DNA of 56,833 bases from Halocafeteria seosinensis (Eukaryota): assembly GCA_001687465.1 (NCBI GenBank), contig LVLI01000059.1:1-56833 (forward strand), given 5' to 3'. The position numbers were made by a program, and so were the translations under genes. Of this stretch, positions 43,328 to 56,833 are shown piece after piece (position 1 is the stretch's first letter; each line of letters starts with the position of its first letter). Below the pieces are notes generated by a model that worked only from the letters and a program-made list of their open reading frames with translations, did no database searches and had not been told where the DNA came from.

Positions 43328-45386
43328 AGATGTTCGGAGAGGCATTTCAAGGAATTAATCAAGAGAAATGTTAAGGCGTAAGCCAATAGTTAAGGAGCGA
43401 TATTTTTTACAGTAGCGGGACTCGAACCTTAATAACCTTAGATTAATTGTGTATCCAACATCAATATTGATTCTTCCTTGATGCAATGGGATACAAGTTC
43501 ATCCACACTGAGCCTTTCAACTTGTCTGCAAAGCACATGAAGCTCGGCTTCGTTAGACTCAGTAGTTGCATACGGTAGCGTTCAGACATCCCTTTATCCA
43601 GGGTTTATTCCTGGAATGAAATAAATGATTCTGCGTATTAAAAGGCCACGGGAGAATCGCCAATTGTGCAGATACAACATCACCCTCGAATAACACTACC
43701 AGTAAGTCCAGTTCGCTTATAACTTTCCCCAAAATGGATGGACGATAAAGCTGCGTCGGCGGCGAATTGTTAACAATGGCGATACCTGTAGCAGTAACGA
43801 TGAAAGCTTTTTTTTTCTGCTAGCCTAGCACCTCCCGAAATGACGATAACTCGAGCCTTCGGCGAGCGGTCCTGTTTATATCTCTAGTTGCTGGTACAGA
43901 AATCGTGGGCAGGTCGTCAGCAAGTGCTCCCCAGCCATCATCGGAAAAATCGACGTCCTCTCGCATTACCCATTCATTGCTCCTGACAAATAGCATAGTT
44001 GGGTGACTACGTTGCTTACCAAATAGCACTCATGAGCATCATTTCCTGTCTAGCGCAATCCTCACGTGCCAATAGTTCTACCCTCAAGACTAATCGTTTC
44101 CGGCCATCATGAGCAGTTCCACTGAACAGGCGTTTGTTGGGAAGAAATATTCTTCACTCACAAGTGCGGCTCTTACTTCTTTCAGGCGTGAATCTTCTCT
44201 TTAGCATCTTATTGCCGCTTTGTTGTTGCCTCCAATGCTTTTGCATAAGGGAGTCTCATATCTCTTCCTGTCTTGTTTGGCTTGCCGCTTCTTGACGTGC
44301 GGGTTGAGTTTTCGATGAGGACGGCCGCGATTTTTTCAGTTCTCCGTGGACTCAAATAATTCAGTCCAAATCGGCATCGTATGCAACCGAGACGAGAGGT
44401 GCAACGCAGTAGGCACAGTCTCGTCGTTGTGCAACAATTCGCAATACTTCTTCTGATCTCCAAGCGTGATTCTGTCTGCTCGTTCCCGTAGTAATGCGAA
44501 CTGGAGGTTTTGCCTTAGTGGGGTCTTACTTGCGTTGATTCCAGTGATAGAGGGAATGGAATCCGCTGTAGCCATTGATATATCAGGCCCCTTCCAAAAA
44601 CCATCGCGTTATTGTGCTTTCATTCATGTTGTGCAACTGTACCGCTGTCCGGATTCGAGCACATCCAAAGGCGATTGCATTTTTTAGCAACGGTTCTGTC
44701 CCGGGAAGAATCGCAGCGTGTGGTTAAAAAAGTGGTGTTGCACAATGGGGATCAATAATTGCTTCTTCCTACCTTTATTCCTTCGATATACTAGCGACGA
44801 CTAACACGGACTATCCAACTTAGGCTCAGAGCAGTACCGGAAATGCACCGGACTAAGAGCTCAACGCCAACACCAAACAGATGACAAAGCGGAAAATACA
44901 ATATCAGGTTTTCATAGCTCAAACAGCTGTGTTAAAACCATAATGCGGTACGGACCATTAAACGGAGACACCTGTTAGCAAATCGATTGTAGCGTTCTTC
45001 CCGCAGGCTTCTAAGCCACCTTAGTTGTCGATCCACTAATAGACGGCTTCCTTCACGCTGCCAATCGACTGCACGACGATGGCGTCTTCTCCTCCGATGT
45101 CGGTACCAGATAAAGTGTGACTCCCGTGTTGCAATGAGCGGCAAACAATGTATAGTTTCATATCGGGCTGCTCGTTCGTTTCTGGGTGTCTCGGACGGGA
45201 AGACCACCGCTATTGAGTTTGTACCCTCTGGTATACCCTCACTTTCTCGTTGCTATCGGTAGGTCCTACATGTGATGCAGTTCTTATCCAAATACCTGAC
45301 ATACTCTTAATTGGTCGCCTGTCTCGCCATCTGCCCCAGGCGTTCTCAACTTTCTACACGTTTTTGACAGACCATAGTTTAGGGTA

Positions 45387-48300
45387 TCATGTGTCTGACT
45401 TCTGATCCCATTCTTCGATACTAGCCAGGTGTTTTCCGGACGGTAGGGAACTTGATGTTTCACCAAGAAGCTGAAAACGTGCGTGTTCTTCATCTGCAAT
45501 ATCCAGCTGATCCCGTAGCGAGGTCCGCAGGGTTAACCCGTACTGAATACGACTCAACAATATTGCTCGACGATATGCAGTGCACTGATGCACGTTTAGA
45601 CTTGTTTTCCTATGAGATACAAATTTTGTCTCGACAACAGACGGGTCCACGATAAGATTTCCATCCCTGTGACGCAAGGTAGGAATCAAAGTGATTGCAA
45701 ATTGCGTTGGGACGAGCAATGACAAATGATACGTACAAATCAATCCACACCATAGTTCCTACATGCTTGTACATAAAGCAAAACTTTGGGATACCGGCAA
45801 CAATATCGCCGTTGCTGACAATCCTAAAGGACCAAGGGATTTCATTATTATACTGCAAAGCAACACAGGTATGAAGAATTCCATACTCAGCATTGTGTGT
45901 ACATCTATAACTTACACTCCTGGAAAATGCCCTGTTGCCGACACGCGGGGAACCGAACGTATACACAGTCACATATCCATCTTCTTCCTTCTCATTAGTA
46001 TGGTCATTCTTATCGCTCGAAAGAACACCGACTTCCGCATCGGCGGCATTTTCAGGAATGTTCTTAATCTTGCTAATGAGATTGTTCTTAGCTCTGCTTG
46101 CCCTCGCGATTCTCGTCCTTCGGGGTTCATGAGAAGAGTTGCCGCGCTGCGCAGTGGCATTCAGCGGATTTGGTTTGCTCGCACCGGCGTCTTTCGAGCC
46201 TTCGGCGGCTGTACGGCGATAAGGCATCCATTTAGACTCCTCTTGTTTCCCATCTGACGTGTCAAGGAAATCAAAGCGGTTATCGTGCCCATCCAAGTCC
46301 AGCATTTCAGCAAAGCTGGCTCCTCGAGAAGCAGAAAAACTTCCGAAAAACGACCGCACATTGTCCACGAAGCTGCCGAGCCTGGACCGGCTTCGTCCGA
46401 CGATAGCCGTCGAGTGTTGCCGGATATCGCGCACTATTTCTTTCATGTCATACGCAGCAATTGTTGCCAGTGCTCCACCCAAACTGTGGCCGGTGCAGTA
46501 CAGAATCGCTTTCGATCCAGCTTGCGCTATAGATGACCCTACAACGTTGCGCAGAGGGACCTGTACAGATTGGTATGCGTCCCAGAACCCTTGATGTATC
46601 AGTGGCAACACCTGCCGAAAGCCAGGTATAGCTGACATTTCGTTGTGCGACGTCGATGATAGTTCGGCGGCCCGTCTATTGAACTTTACGTCGGTTAAGA
46701 CGTTCGTTCTACTTGCTGTTCCACGAAAAGCTACAACGACCTGAAATCCTTTTCGGAATACTACAGCAATAGTATCAGTCCTTCGGCTATAGACGAATCC
46801 CTCTATTTCAAAACCATGGGGTGCAGTATGCAACGGCCCACAGGAAGAGCTCGTCTTTGTTGCGGCGATTTCCCATTCTTGGTCAGCATCAACTCTCATA
46901 GAAGTAGGCGGGTCAAAATACGCGGCCCAGGCAAAGTCGAAGAGCCAACTGGCCATCTCCAATGAAAATGTCCGCTTATGCAAACCAGTACCTGAGCCTG
47001 TTACGATTCCGAGTACATTTGCTACTGCGTTTCCGACCTTTCCTAGTGTCGATTGTGGTCCGTCACTTCTTGGTGGCAGGAAGCAGAACAGAAGTATGTA
47101 CGCATAGACACTGGATACTATATAAGCTCCAATCGGTTGATAACCTTCAGTAGCTATTCTCACCAACCTAGCTGCCCTTGATAACGCGTCATTTGAGTTT
47201 TGGTTATCAGTAGAATCAGCTCCAAGAAAGGCCCGAAAGAGATTAACGATATTAAATATAGCAACATATAGAATTACAGTAACTGATTGCCATATAACAA
47301 ATCGAAACGTCAGTCGCTGATAGCGAGATTTCGAGTAAGGAAAAAGCTCCAATGCTTCTTTTGTCCGGTAAAGAGTAATAAAAAACCAAACAACCCAAAG
47401 TAGATGAAGGACGATACTAAGAAGACCGAGCACTAGATCCACGATAAGCACACTCTTTCCTTCCTGTTCTTCAAACAGATCATAACCGTAGCCGTCCTTC
47501 AGCTCAAATGCTCGGATTGTGCGTTGTCCTACGGAGACACCCGACAAGACTAGAGCAAAAGCCACTTTCGGAAGGTAGAAACCCAGTTCGAAACGGCCAT
47601 AGGGATGGGGTCGTTGAAGTCCTCCAACTAAAGCAATCAAAAGCGCAAATATGCAAGTCCAAGCGATATCTCCGACAGATTGAACAAAAACATGAAGCCA
47701 ATTGCTTGGGCGCGATATTAAAGCATCCAGTACGAACAATGGATTCTGCCACCAAAACAGTGCTACTCCAACCCAAAAGACCCATCTACGTTGGGGAAGC
47801 CAGGTATTCCAATATTCGCTGTCCACACAGCAGCGCTTACATCGCGCGCAGGCTGCTGCATGTGGATCGTCCCTTTGATAATGAAGGTTAGTGTTGAATA
47901 CCCAGGTGCCGAGCAGAATGACGGTAACCAAGCAAAAAGACCCACGAATCCCAATCACAAACGCGCGGAAAGTTGAATCGACGAAGACGTACCGGAACCA
48001 TGCACCAGTCGACAGAGACACAATATTATGTAACCCGTTGTCTTCAAAATAAGTGGTTACGAGAAAATTATGGAGCTTTGCTGTCCCGCGGGATGACTTA
48101 TCTGAGAAGATCGGCTGCTCAAACTGACAAGGGTCCTGTTTGGAACAGTCCAGGTGCACATCTTCGTACAGATCGCTCTGAACTAGTTCAGTCCAGCCTG
48201 GGATATCAGACTTTAGTTCGTGACCATTGAAAGCATCTCTAAATGTGATTCCTTGTTTTGCCTTCGATTCATCGGCGCTTCGAAAGAGTTGGGATCTGTA

Positions 48301-48928
48301 CGTGAGTCGGATGGAAGTATATCCACTTTGGGTCTCTGCCGTCCCGCATACCAAAGAGACTATGAAAATTCCGCATTCCCATCACGACAACAGCAGTATC
48401 AATCCACATACCAAACTTGAGGTTTTCATGGAATTCTCCCAATCCAGAGGCTATGCGACGGGTCATGCCAGCCCACAACGATCGATTCCTCCCATCGCCG
48501 TTACCACCAGTGCTTCCGATGGCAGTGTCGACGTTCACAAAACACCCTTCTCCCGGAAGTATGCGTGTTTCCTCTCCCTGAGGGCATTTCCGGATCGCGA
48601 ACCGCGCCGTATCACTGTGGTGGCCGAACTCGGACACGACCCCGAGAGCAATGGACACAAATAGTGTCATGTATGTGCATACGATGGTTGTTCGCACCGC
48701 TGCAACAAAGCGATTCCATCCATTCTACAACTATACGGCATGACCAAAATCCACCGTACCTGTGGAATCGAGTGTCTCTAGGCGAATCAAGGGCGGCACG
48801 GCCTTCACTTCACTCCCATGGCCAGCACGGCTTCCTGTACGGCCTCGGGGTGTGCGACGGGTTGGAGCCATCTCCGTCTCCACCATGGCAGGAGCTGCGG
48901 CAGCTCCACTGTCCTTCGGCTCCATCAT
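45387..48928 (-). CDS. Multi-TM (TMEM181/Wntless-like) domain fused to class 3 lipase, about five exons
   Basis: Spliced N-term RLETLDST|AVRTTIVCT; about 7-8 TM helices including W..LPQRRWV..VALFWWQNPLF; lipase motifs VVAFRGT, HQGFWDAY, TGHSLGGALA, VYTFGSPRVGN, GDIVAGIP, YKHVG and H in NVHQC; GT-AG introns join ORFs 48731, 48269, 45610 and 45387. Confidence 0.8.
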
Positions 48929-50574
48929 GCACACACGCACGTGCTGGTGCAAGTCCCATATTTCCTGATTCTGTCCATGCTCGTCGCATTACGTTACCTA
49001 GTGCAGGTCTATTTCTGCTGGATTCCCAACGAGTCGACGAAATAATTGACGTGTTCAGAGTCGCCGACCACGTACGTGACACAGTGTGCCACGACAAACA
49101 CGTTGTTTTCTTTACTCTTTGTGGTACTTGTGCAAGTAGCGATTGCCTTCCTTTCGCCCGGAGTATGATGATCTACACTATACGTTTGGTGGCGTCCTAT
49201 GGAAGGTCTGATTTCGCCGGATGAGAGGCAGAATAAATATGTAAATGTATATGTATATTCATGAGGTTGTAGCGAGAAACAAAATCACCAAAATTACTCC
49301 GCCAGGGAGTCCGGACTCCCCAAGAAGTAACCTCAGGCAGAATATCATTGCCAACAGCTGCCAAACAGCGTTGCCTTCCGCAAGATGGAGTTAATCAATA
49401 ACAGTTTTTACTCGATCAGGTGTATGTCAATCTTCCTTATTTGAATCCGCCGAGTGCGGGCGGACTGTACTCCGTAGCCCCTTGGCCCCAACGGTCTGAT
49501 GATGGGCCATTATCGCTTCATGTCTGCCTTTGTTGAATCGAGTATAATGATTATGACTATACGTATGGTTAGCTTAGCTGACCCACTTGTTCTCATGCTG
49601 TTTGGTTTCTACATCCCGGGTTAGATGGCTTCATGGATAAAGGAAAAACTGACCACTCCGGTCGACGGATTCCAAGTACCACACAACAAAGCCGGATAGT
49701 CATACAGTCAACAGAGTTATAGCAAGAACAGGGCCAACAGGAAGGAAGACTCCGGTTGAAAACTGCACCCACTGGTGGACATCCACATCGTTGAAAATGG
49801 TCAATCCTACGGACAACATATGACACGGTAAAAAGTCCACATACACTCTCAAGCTCCCACCACGGATTTTATTTATATTAACCCTGCTTGGACCCTTTTC
49901 GTACCTGGAATACCTCTGGAAGAAATTGCGCGTGGTTGGGAAGAGCCCATTCCTTCTTGTAAGGGAGAAGTTTCGACTTCTGCCGAAGTGAATGACAACT
50001 GAAAATTGTTAGCTGCTATTGTTCGGATGGTCATTGAGTCTCCACCATTCATAGCTCTCAACAGCACTTGGGCACGGACTCTTGCTGCCCTGCTATCACA
50101 CTTGCTCGCTTAGTGTTCAAATACGAGTAGGGGAGCTACTAGCATGTGCACTTCACAATTACATGAATTTGGCAAGCATTCGTCGCAGCTTGAGAATCAC
50201 ATATGTGGAAAAGTGCTCTGTGTATAGCGTACAGTTCTCTATGTTTGTTCCTGGGGTTACACTGACCACTTCGGCTGAAATTTTTATCCCCCCTGCATGC
50301 TTGGTGGCGCATGACTGTTTCTTACACTCATACTCTGAAGCCGCCAAGCGAAAGTGTCCGTTGTTCTGGACAACTTGTCCACCGTACGTCGTTCAGGTCG
50401 CAAGATGGAATCCAACTAACTCAACCGTCAAATAATCAGACACACCGTGCTCTCGTTCAGGATATCACTGCATTGTTGCACCGGCGAGTACTATTCGAGT
50501 ACCATTGATCTTTGCTTCTTCCTATCGTCCCCTTTGTCCAGTAGCGCGCCCGTGTAACACAGTACAGGCACTGT

Positions 50575-53500
50575 ATGGAGGACGTTAAGCCCTCGGGTGG
50601 CGGGGAGGAGAGACATTACCATTACAGATCACTAGGTTCAGAGGAGAATCTCTGGCAAGACACAATGAATACCCCAGTGCAGCAGCAACAACAACAACAG
50701 CGCTATCGTGGTCTCCCTGAGGAGTATGAAGGGGAGGAAGGGGCGCGTCCATCGTCGGCTCCGGGAGCTCAAGCCCATTACAAGGGATACGCTCCATATT
50801 ACCACAGTCCAGAGCAGTACGCTCTGCATACACAAAGCAGACGATGGGACCACAATACCAGTCCGGGGAGTGATTCATTGAGAGAGATATATCGTCCTAC
50901 TGAGCATCAGCATCAGCCCCCTGCTGCCGCCGTGGAAGATGGGATACACACAGCCGATCTGGAAGCGCAGCTAGCCAGTATATACTCGGTCAGTGGGATT
51001 TCGAGAAGTAATGGCTACTCTCAGCGTACGGGACAGGCGACGAGACCGACGGCAGGAACGCAGCGGCAAAATGGTGCTGTGGAGAACCAGCTAGTCGTTG
51101 GTGCCAAGCCGCAACGTCATGATGATGATAGGAATGACGATGATGAGGGATGGAGTGAGGAGACGGCAAGGTTATATGAAGAGATCAAAAAGAAGAACGC
51201 GTTGCTGGTGCGGGCACGAGGTACGATTGAAGAGCTTCAGGAAGAGCTTGAGACTTCACGGACAGAAACTCAGAAAGCGCGCCAAGAAGTAGCTAACTTG
51301 ATGAATAGGCTTCGCGAAAAGGAGAAAGAAAGCACAGAACTCCAGGAACAACTAGGAGTTGCTCAGAATGAACGGGAACAGTACAAGACGGAATTAGAGT
51401 CTCTTAAGAACTCGACACAAAGGGATGATGCTCGTACACGGGAACTCTCAGAAGCTGTACAACAGAAAGACTCCCAGCTGCAACGTCTAGAGGATGAAAA
51501 GCAACAAGTACGTGTTCGCAAGTCAACTCGCAGATAACATGTTGAGGAACGAATACTGTTTGTAGCGGGATCGCTCCCTTGTGGTACACTGATTCCGATT
51601 CTATGTTTCTTCGTGAATACAGCTCGAACGCGAATGTCGGCATTTATCGCGCTCATTGGAAGAAACGCAGACGACCTCCTCCGAGTATGAAAGCTTGGTG
51701 AAGACAAAAGATCAAGAAATTGAGCGCCTTCATCAACAGCTGCAGTATGTTCGCCAGGCCTATACTCACTCGGAACGAGAGACCAAGCAAATGACCGAGG
51801 AAGAGTACAAGGAAATGGAAAACTTGGAGCAGTACGCAGCTACTTTACGAACAAAACTGTTGAACTATGAGCAGGCGCTGAAAGCTGCACCGTCTCGTGA
51901 GGAAATGTTGGAGAAAGACGAGCAACTAAAGCGGCTAAGTAAGCAGCTAGCTGACATTTCGCGTGACGCTGACGTAGAGGGAGAGCAGACGGAGAAGGAA
52001 GTAGAGCAGTTGAAGAATCAAATAGCGCAGTACAGCAAGATCAATCAGGATCAGCAAAAACAGATTATGAACTTGAAGCATGAAATCTCCTCAAGGGATG
52101 AGCGCTTGCGTCGTACCGAACAACACTGGAATGACGCCGAGGGTGCGGACAATGAAGCCCGAATTGAGTTGCAGATATCTCAGAGTCGTATTCGGGAACT
52201 TGAGAGCCTTGTCCAAACGTATCAGAATAATTTAGACTCTGCGTATCAATCAATGAATCAGCAAAAAGAAAAGCTAGAAGGCGAAAAGCGCCAAGCGTAC
52301 GAAGAACTGAGCGAAGTCAAAGAAAACTCAGATGCAGAAATAGAACGGCTAAAGGAGCAGTTGGAACTATGGAAATATCAAATCCGGACGAAGCTGTTTG
52401 AGTTCTTACCGTCTCCAGACGGATTCCCATACCACTCTAAGGAAGAGCAACAATATTTCTCCGATCATGGAATGTTGCAGTTACTTAAGCAGATGCCTCG
52501 GATCAAGGAATGGTTTGTCAAAGCGGTGCGGTCTCAAGAACAACATATGTCGAGTCAGTGGGAGCGATGGACTCATAACATGGCCAGTATGGAAAGAAGT
52601 CTGGACAAGCTGGAAAGCAAGTTTTATGATGTTCAGCGATCGTTTTCGCAAGAGCAACAACAGCGCAAATCTGCCCAACAGCGGGCGCAATCGCTGCTTA
52701 CGGAGCACGCTACTTTATCGGAACGGCTCCATCATAAAGATTCTGAGATTAACTCGTTACGTGATAGTTGCGATGCTACGGCAGATCAGCTAAAGGAATT
52801 GGAAGGGCAAAATCGTGATCTCCAGTCCAGAATTGATACAATCCGTGAAGAGCAACGCGTTGCGGGGGAGGAGCATGCTGAGGAATTGGAGCAATGGAAG
52901 AAATGGGGTGAACATACGGAGTCTTGCTTACGTCGTGCTGAGAAAGAACGTGATGAATTGATTAATACCCAGCAAGAGTTTATTGAGAGGGTGAATTCAC
53001 TGCAAAATGCTGCTGGTTTGCAGTACGATTTGTCTTCACAAGAAGTAGGATCAGAAGTGATGAAAGCCCTTGGAGCGCTGGAGGACTCAGTCTTGCAGCC
53101 TGTTAGTGAGCCAGCTCCAAGTATGCCAAGTCATTTGCGAGAATCGTTAGATGGGAATATCGATCGGTTAGGGTTGATTGTTCGTGATATCGAACGTTTG
53201 TTCCAACAGTGCGAAAAAGCAGCGACCAAGTTGTCTCGAGATACAGGTGGTCTGGGTGAAAATCGTCAGATAATCAACCAGCTGGCTCAGAATAACCAAG
53301 ATTTATTAGAAAGGGTACGAAATATGGGGCATGAGTTCTCAAGGTTATACGAGGACATTAGGGAATTCTTTTTGCACCCACCATCCCCGAAGCGGAAGGG
53401 CACATCAAGATCTCCGCAGCGCTTGCCGTCTCATCAACCAGGTTGGCAGTCTCATGGAACTTCCCAGCTTCAGCATGCCCAGGATACCCGGCGTGACGTA

Positions 53501-53689
53501 GTGCAAGAGCATGATTTTTTTGGAACAGGACATCAACAGTCCGTATCTCCTCCAAAGCCACAAACATCTTCCCAGACTTTCAAGCACGATACACGCAGGC
53601 AACTCCAGGAGGATTTGAGTAGCAGGTTCCAAGATCTGGGAAGCCGGCTGAATCAAACTTCGAGAAAAATGTTAAGTGGAGCCGGATGA
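50575..53689 (+). CDS. Long coiled-coil protein, two exons (function unknown; possibly cytoskeletal/centriolar)
   Basis: Intron 51508-51622 (GTACGT..TACAG) joins the two ORFs in frame; E/Q/K-rich heptads. Confidence 0.8.
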
Positions 53690-53827
53690 ACCTGTTCAGT
53701 TTCTTAAGTCACCATTTAAAGGATAGTACTGAATACTGTAAATGCGCAAGAGCACAGATGGTGTTGTATTTTTGCAATGTTCGTGAACGCAAGATCCACA
53801 AAATCCGTTTGCGAAAAGCAAACAAGC

Positions 53828-55486
53828 CTACGATCGTTTAGATGGACCAATCATGTTTTCGGGTCGGACGTACTTATCAAACTCTTCTCCAGTCAAATAT
53901 CCCAATTCAACACATGCTTCCTTCAGCGTCTTTCGCTCTTTGTATGCTTTCTTTGCAGTCGCAGCAGCCTTATCGTATCCGATATGAGGATTCAAGGCTG
54001 TGACAAGCATCAAACTGTCGTGAAGCAGCTTGTCAATGCGTTCTTTGTTCGCTTCAATTCCCACAACACACTTATCAGCAAATGTAGTGCAGGCATCTCC
54101 GATAAGTCTCGCCGATTGCAAGTAGTTCGAAACCATCATTGGCTTGAAAACATTTAGTTCAAAGTGGCCATTACTTCCACCTACAGTGACAGCTACGTGA
54201 TTACCCATCACTTGAGCAGCGACCATCGTCAATGCTTCACATTGAGTAGGGTTGACTTTTCCAGGCATGATACTGCTTCCAGGTTCATTTTCGGGAAGGA
54301 TAAGCTCCCCAAGTCCGCAACGCGGTCCAGAACCTAAGAAGCGGATGTCATTTGCGATTTTCATGAGACTCGTAGCGACGGTGTTCAGAGCTCCCGATGC
54401 ATCAACGAGCGCGTCGTGTGCGGCCAAGGCCTCAAACTTATTGGGCGCTGTCTTGAAGTCCATGTTGGTTTCTTTGGCAATTTCTTGAGCAATGCGCACA
54501 TCGAACCCCTCGACGCTATTCAGTCCAGTACCGACGGCGGTTCCTCCTTGAGCTAACTCCAAAAGACCGGGCAGGACACGTTCGACACGTTCCATGGAAT
54601 AGTTGAGCTGTTGAAGATAGCCTGAGAACTCTTGCTTTAGTGTCAAAGGGGTCGCATCTTGGGTATGCGTACGCCCAATCTTGATAATGTCCCCAAACTC
54701 TTCCATTTTTTTCTCCACCGAGTCTCGAAGATGACGCAAGCCTGGAAGTGTGGTGTGCTTCGTCATGATGGCTGCCGCAATGTACATGGCCGTGGGGTAA
54801 CTATCATTGCTGGACATGCCCATGTTCACATGGTCATTGGGGTGCACGGGTGATTTGCTTCCCAGGTCTCCTCCTAGAATCTCAATAGCCCTATTCGCAA
54901 TCACCTCGTTGGAATTCATGTTGCTTTGCGTTCCGGACCCCGTTTGGAAAGTGACCTGCATCCATACACGTCTCTTTGCCACACCCACAATGAGACACAC
55001 AATGAGAAACAGTGCTATATGATGATTACGTACCAATGGAAAATGATCATCGAGCTTTCCTTGTATGACTTCATCGCACGCCTGGATGATGGCATTCCCG
55101 AGATCTTTGGGGAGGCGTCCATACTCCATATTGACTTTGGCCGCGCACTTTTTGAGGATGCCGAATCCACGCATGACTTGAGGGGGCATCTTGTCTGCCT
55201 CTCCCCCAATGGGGAAATTCTGGAGGGATCTCTGCGTCTGCGCACCCCAGTATTTGTCCGCGGGAACTTGGAGTTCCCCCATGGTGTCCGTCTCCACACG
55301 CACATTGCTATCCGTGCTCGACGCGGCTCGTTTGGCGGCGGCAGGAGATGGGTGGATCTGCCTTATCTGCCGCCCTTGGAGCACATAGTCCGCGGACGAA
55401 CATGATGCCGAAGCCATCATGGGAAGGGTTAAGGATGGTCGCTGAAGGGTGCGTCGAGCCAAAGCACGAGAGCACGACACAAACAT
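53828..55486 (-). CDS. fumC: Class II fumarate hydratase, mitochondrial precursor; one in-frame 78-nt intron (54956-55033)
   Basis: [31 protein letters not shown] and signature [16 protein letters not shown]-terminal presequence. Confidence 0.97.
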   Translation of the reverse strand: MFVSCSRALARRTLQRPSLTLPMMASASCSSADYVLQGRQIRQIHPSPAAAKRAASSTDSNVRVETDTMGELQVPADKYWGAQTQRSLQNFPIGGEADKMPPQVMRGFGILKKCAAKVNMEYGRLPKDLGNAIIQACDEVIQGKLDDHFPLVRNHHIALFLIVCLIVGVAKRRVWMQVTFQTGSGTQSNMNSNEVIANRAIEILGGDLGSKSPVHPNDHVNMGMSSNDSYPTAMYIAAAIMTKHTTLPGLRHLRDSVEKKMEEFGDIIKIGRTHTQDATPLTLKQEFSGYLQQLNYSMERVERVLPGLLELAQGGTAVGTGLNSVEGFDVRIAQEIAKETNMDFKTAPNKFEALAAHDALVDASGALNTVATSLMKIANDIRFLGSGPRCGLGELILPENEPGSSIMPGKVNPTQCEALTMVAAQVMGNHVAVTVGGSNGHFELNVFKPMMVSNYLQSARLIGDACTTFADKCVVGIEANKERIDKLLHDSLMLVTALNPHIGYDKAAATAKKAYKERKTLKEACVELGYLTGEEFDKYVRPENMIGPSKRS

Positions 55487-55601
55487 AGCTAGCTAGTTTG
55501 CAGGACAACGACAACAGCAAAAAGTACCACTGGAAAGATCGTGGGGACAAAAATATAATTTAACCTCTGCGTGCGTGTTACGCAGCTTTTAGCTAGATGG
55601 T

Positions 55602-55652
55602 TGGGGACCATCGCATTATCCTAATGTGGGGACCATCGCAAAATCCTAATGT
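55602..55652. repeat. Tandem 25-bp direct repeat x2
   Basis: TGGGGACCATCGCATTATCCTAATG followed by TGGGGACCATCGCAAAATCCTAATG. Confidence 0.9.
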
Positions 55653-56375
55653 GCTGAACTGTCAAACTTTCCTTCGGGTACGGGGATACCCGGGGTCAGC
55701 GAACTTTAAAAGGTATTTATTGAACAGGTTTGGGCATGATGGTGGTGTTTCACGTCTGTAGTGTGGGAGAAGTAGTCATAGAAAGCGTTGATCACCAGGG
55801 AAGCCGAATTCATGAAGTTTGGGATACGAGGAGAGTCGTTCAAAACAGACGGTAAACCTAGTCCGTGGAGGGTTCAGTTTGGGAGGAATTGTATTAGACC
55901 ACACAACGAGTATTACAGTGGATTCATTTTTCACCATTGAGAAGATAATGTTATTGCAGTCAATATGTTGATAACGTTTATCTTATGAATGCCTCATGTG
56001 GTGGCTGGGGGAACTTCCAACGTGGTGAACGTTGACAGGGGATGGTGAACGTTAGCGCGCAATTTTTAACACTATAGCATTGGGACTTCTGCCTTTCACT
56101 ATTCCAGTGTACTTCCATGTAAAGGAGAAACAGATGAGTAGACACGGTAGAGCTCAGTGATTTAGCGATTCGAAGGCGAATATGAGCGGCAGGGCGCGTT
56201 GCTTGACGTACTGCTATGTTGACAGTCCCATGAATTCCTCATGTGGTGGATTGGATCGGAGACTGATATAGTGAAACCATTGGCCTGATGATCCTCGTCT
56301 CAATAACGTTAAGGGGTGTTCAATGGTGATATTGTTACTCTGGGATGCGTGGAAAAGGGTAGTGAAAAATGGACG

Positions 56376-56833
56376 TTAACANATGGGGAGAGGGCTATCG
56401 CAGATAAATGTACTCACACCTGGGGGATAATTGTAGTGCATTTTTGACGACTGGTGGGGACGTATTTTTTTCCGTTTGGTCCTTCCTAAAGATNGACGTT
56501 TGAAGTGGGTGGTAATCGTTGCCTCTGGAAATCCTTGGAAGCCACCATACTCAGCGATCTCCGTCATGACAACTACGTTTTGGCTATGCGCATCGAGGGT
56601 GAGGTTAGTACAGACCGTATGAGTGTCCGGGATGGGAACTTGATGCCGGATTTGACCGGCTTGCCGTAGCTTGGAGAAGGGGTGTGTTGAACCCCCGTAC
56701 TAGAGCATTTCAAACTCCACCATAGCTCACATGCCCCTATGGAGTGTATGTTCATAATTCTTCTCTGTTGAACGGCGAGTTCTATGGGATTTCTTCTTGG
56801 CATTTCCCCGTGCAAGCGGACTTCGAGGTGGTC
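56376..56833 (-). mobile_element. Possible Helitron Rep-domain remnant, degenerate, running off the window
   Basis: DHLEVRL..NPIEL..HSIGACELWW, frameshift, EFE..TVCTNLTLDAHSQNVVV loosely resembles Helitron Rep GHDR..DEI..RYIS..EAxWR.FxF..V.RL..H...Q.V; contains stops. Confidence 0.3.

Noticed and set aside
43412..43440. B-box-like GGTTCGAGTCCC on the minus strand (tRNA/SINE?)
   Set aside because: No cloverleaf, A-box or acceptor stem could be built
43800..45300. Short minus-strand ORFs with basic stretches (possible transposase relic)
   Set aside because: No recognisable catalytic motif or termini
55602..55652. CRISPR-like repeat
   Set aside because: Only two adjacent units, no spacers, no cas genes, eukaryotic context

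Overview
Eukaryotic genomic DNA, probably from a flagellated heterotrophic protist (stramenopile-like; inference). Genes have short GT-AG introns of about 60-115 nt, with GTACG/GTAAG donors. Housekeeping genes: TTC12-like TPR/ARM protein, SpoU/TrmH methyltransferase, MIC19/CHCHD3-like protein, LYR-motif protein, a long coiled-coil protein and class II fumarase. These are interleaved with a fast-evolving surface/secreted protein set: a 2265-aa Cys-rich, mucin-stalk multi-TM protein; a 1558-aa protein built from five copies of an unrecognised ~200-aa Trp-rich domain; and a family of GLUG-like Gly-rich proteins (three genes plus one rearranged pseudogene) that all end in a conserved P-A-(Q/R)-R-P-(K/R)-R tail. 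Also present: a sulfotransferase inside a decayed tandem segmental duplication, a two-domain nucleotide cyclase with swapped catalytic halves (predicted guanylyl cyclase), and a multi-TM/class-3 lipase fusion. Mobile-element relics include an archaeal-type RNase H plus chromodomain ORF, a dispersed ~40-100 bp motif in four copies that appears to encode a Cys motif, and a possible Helitron Rep remnant at the right end. No rRNA, intact tRNA or CRISPR array was seen. All exon boundaries were read by eye.
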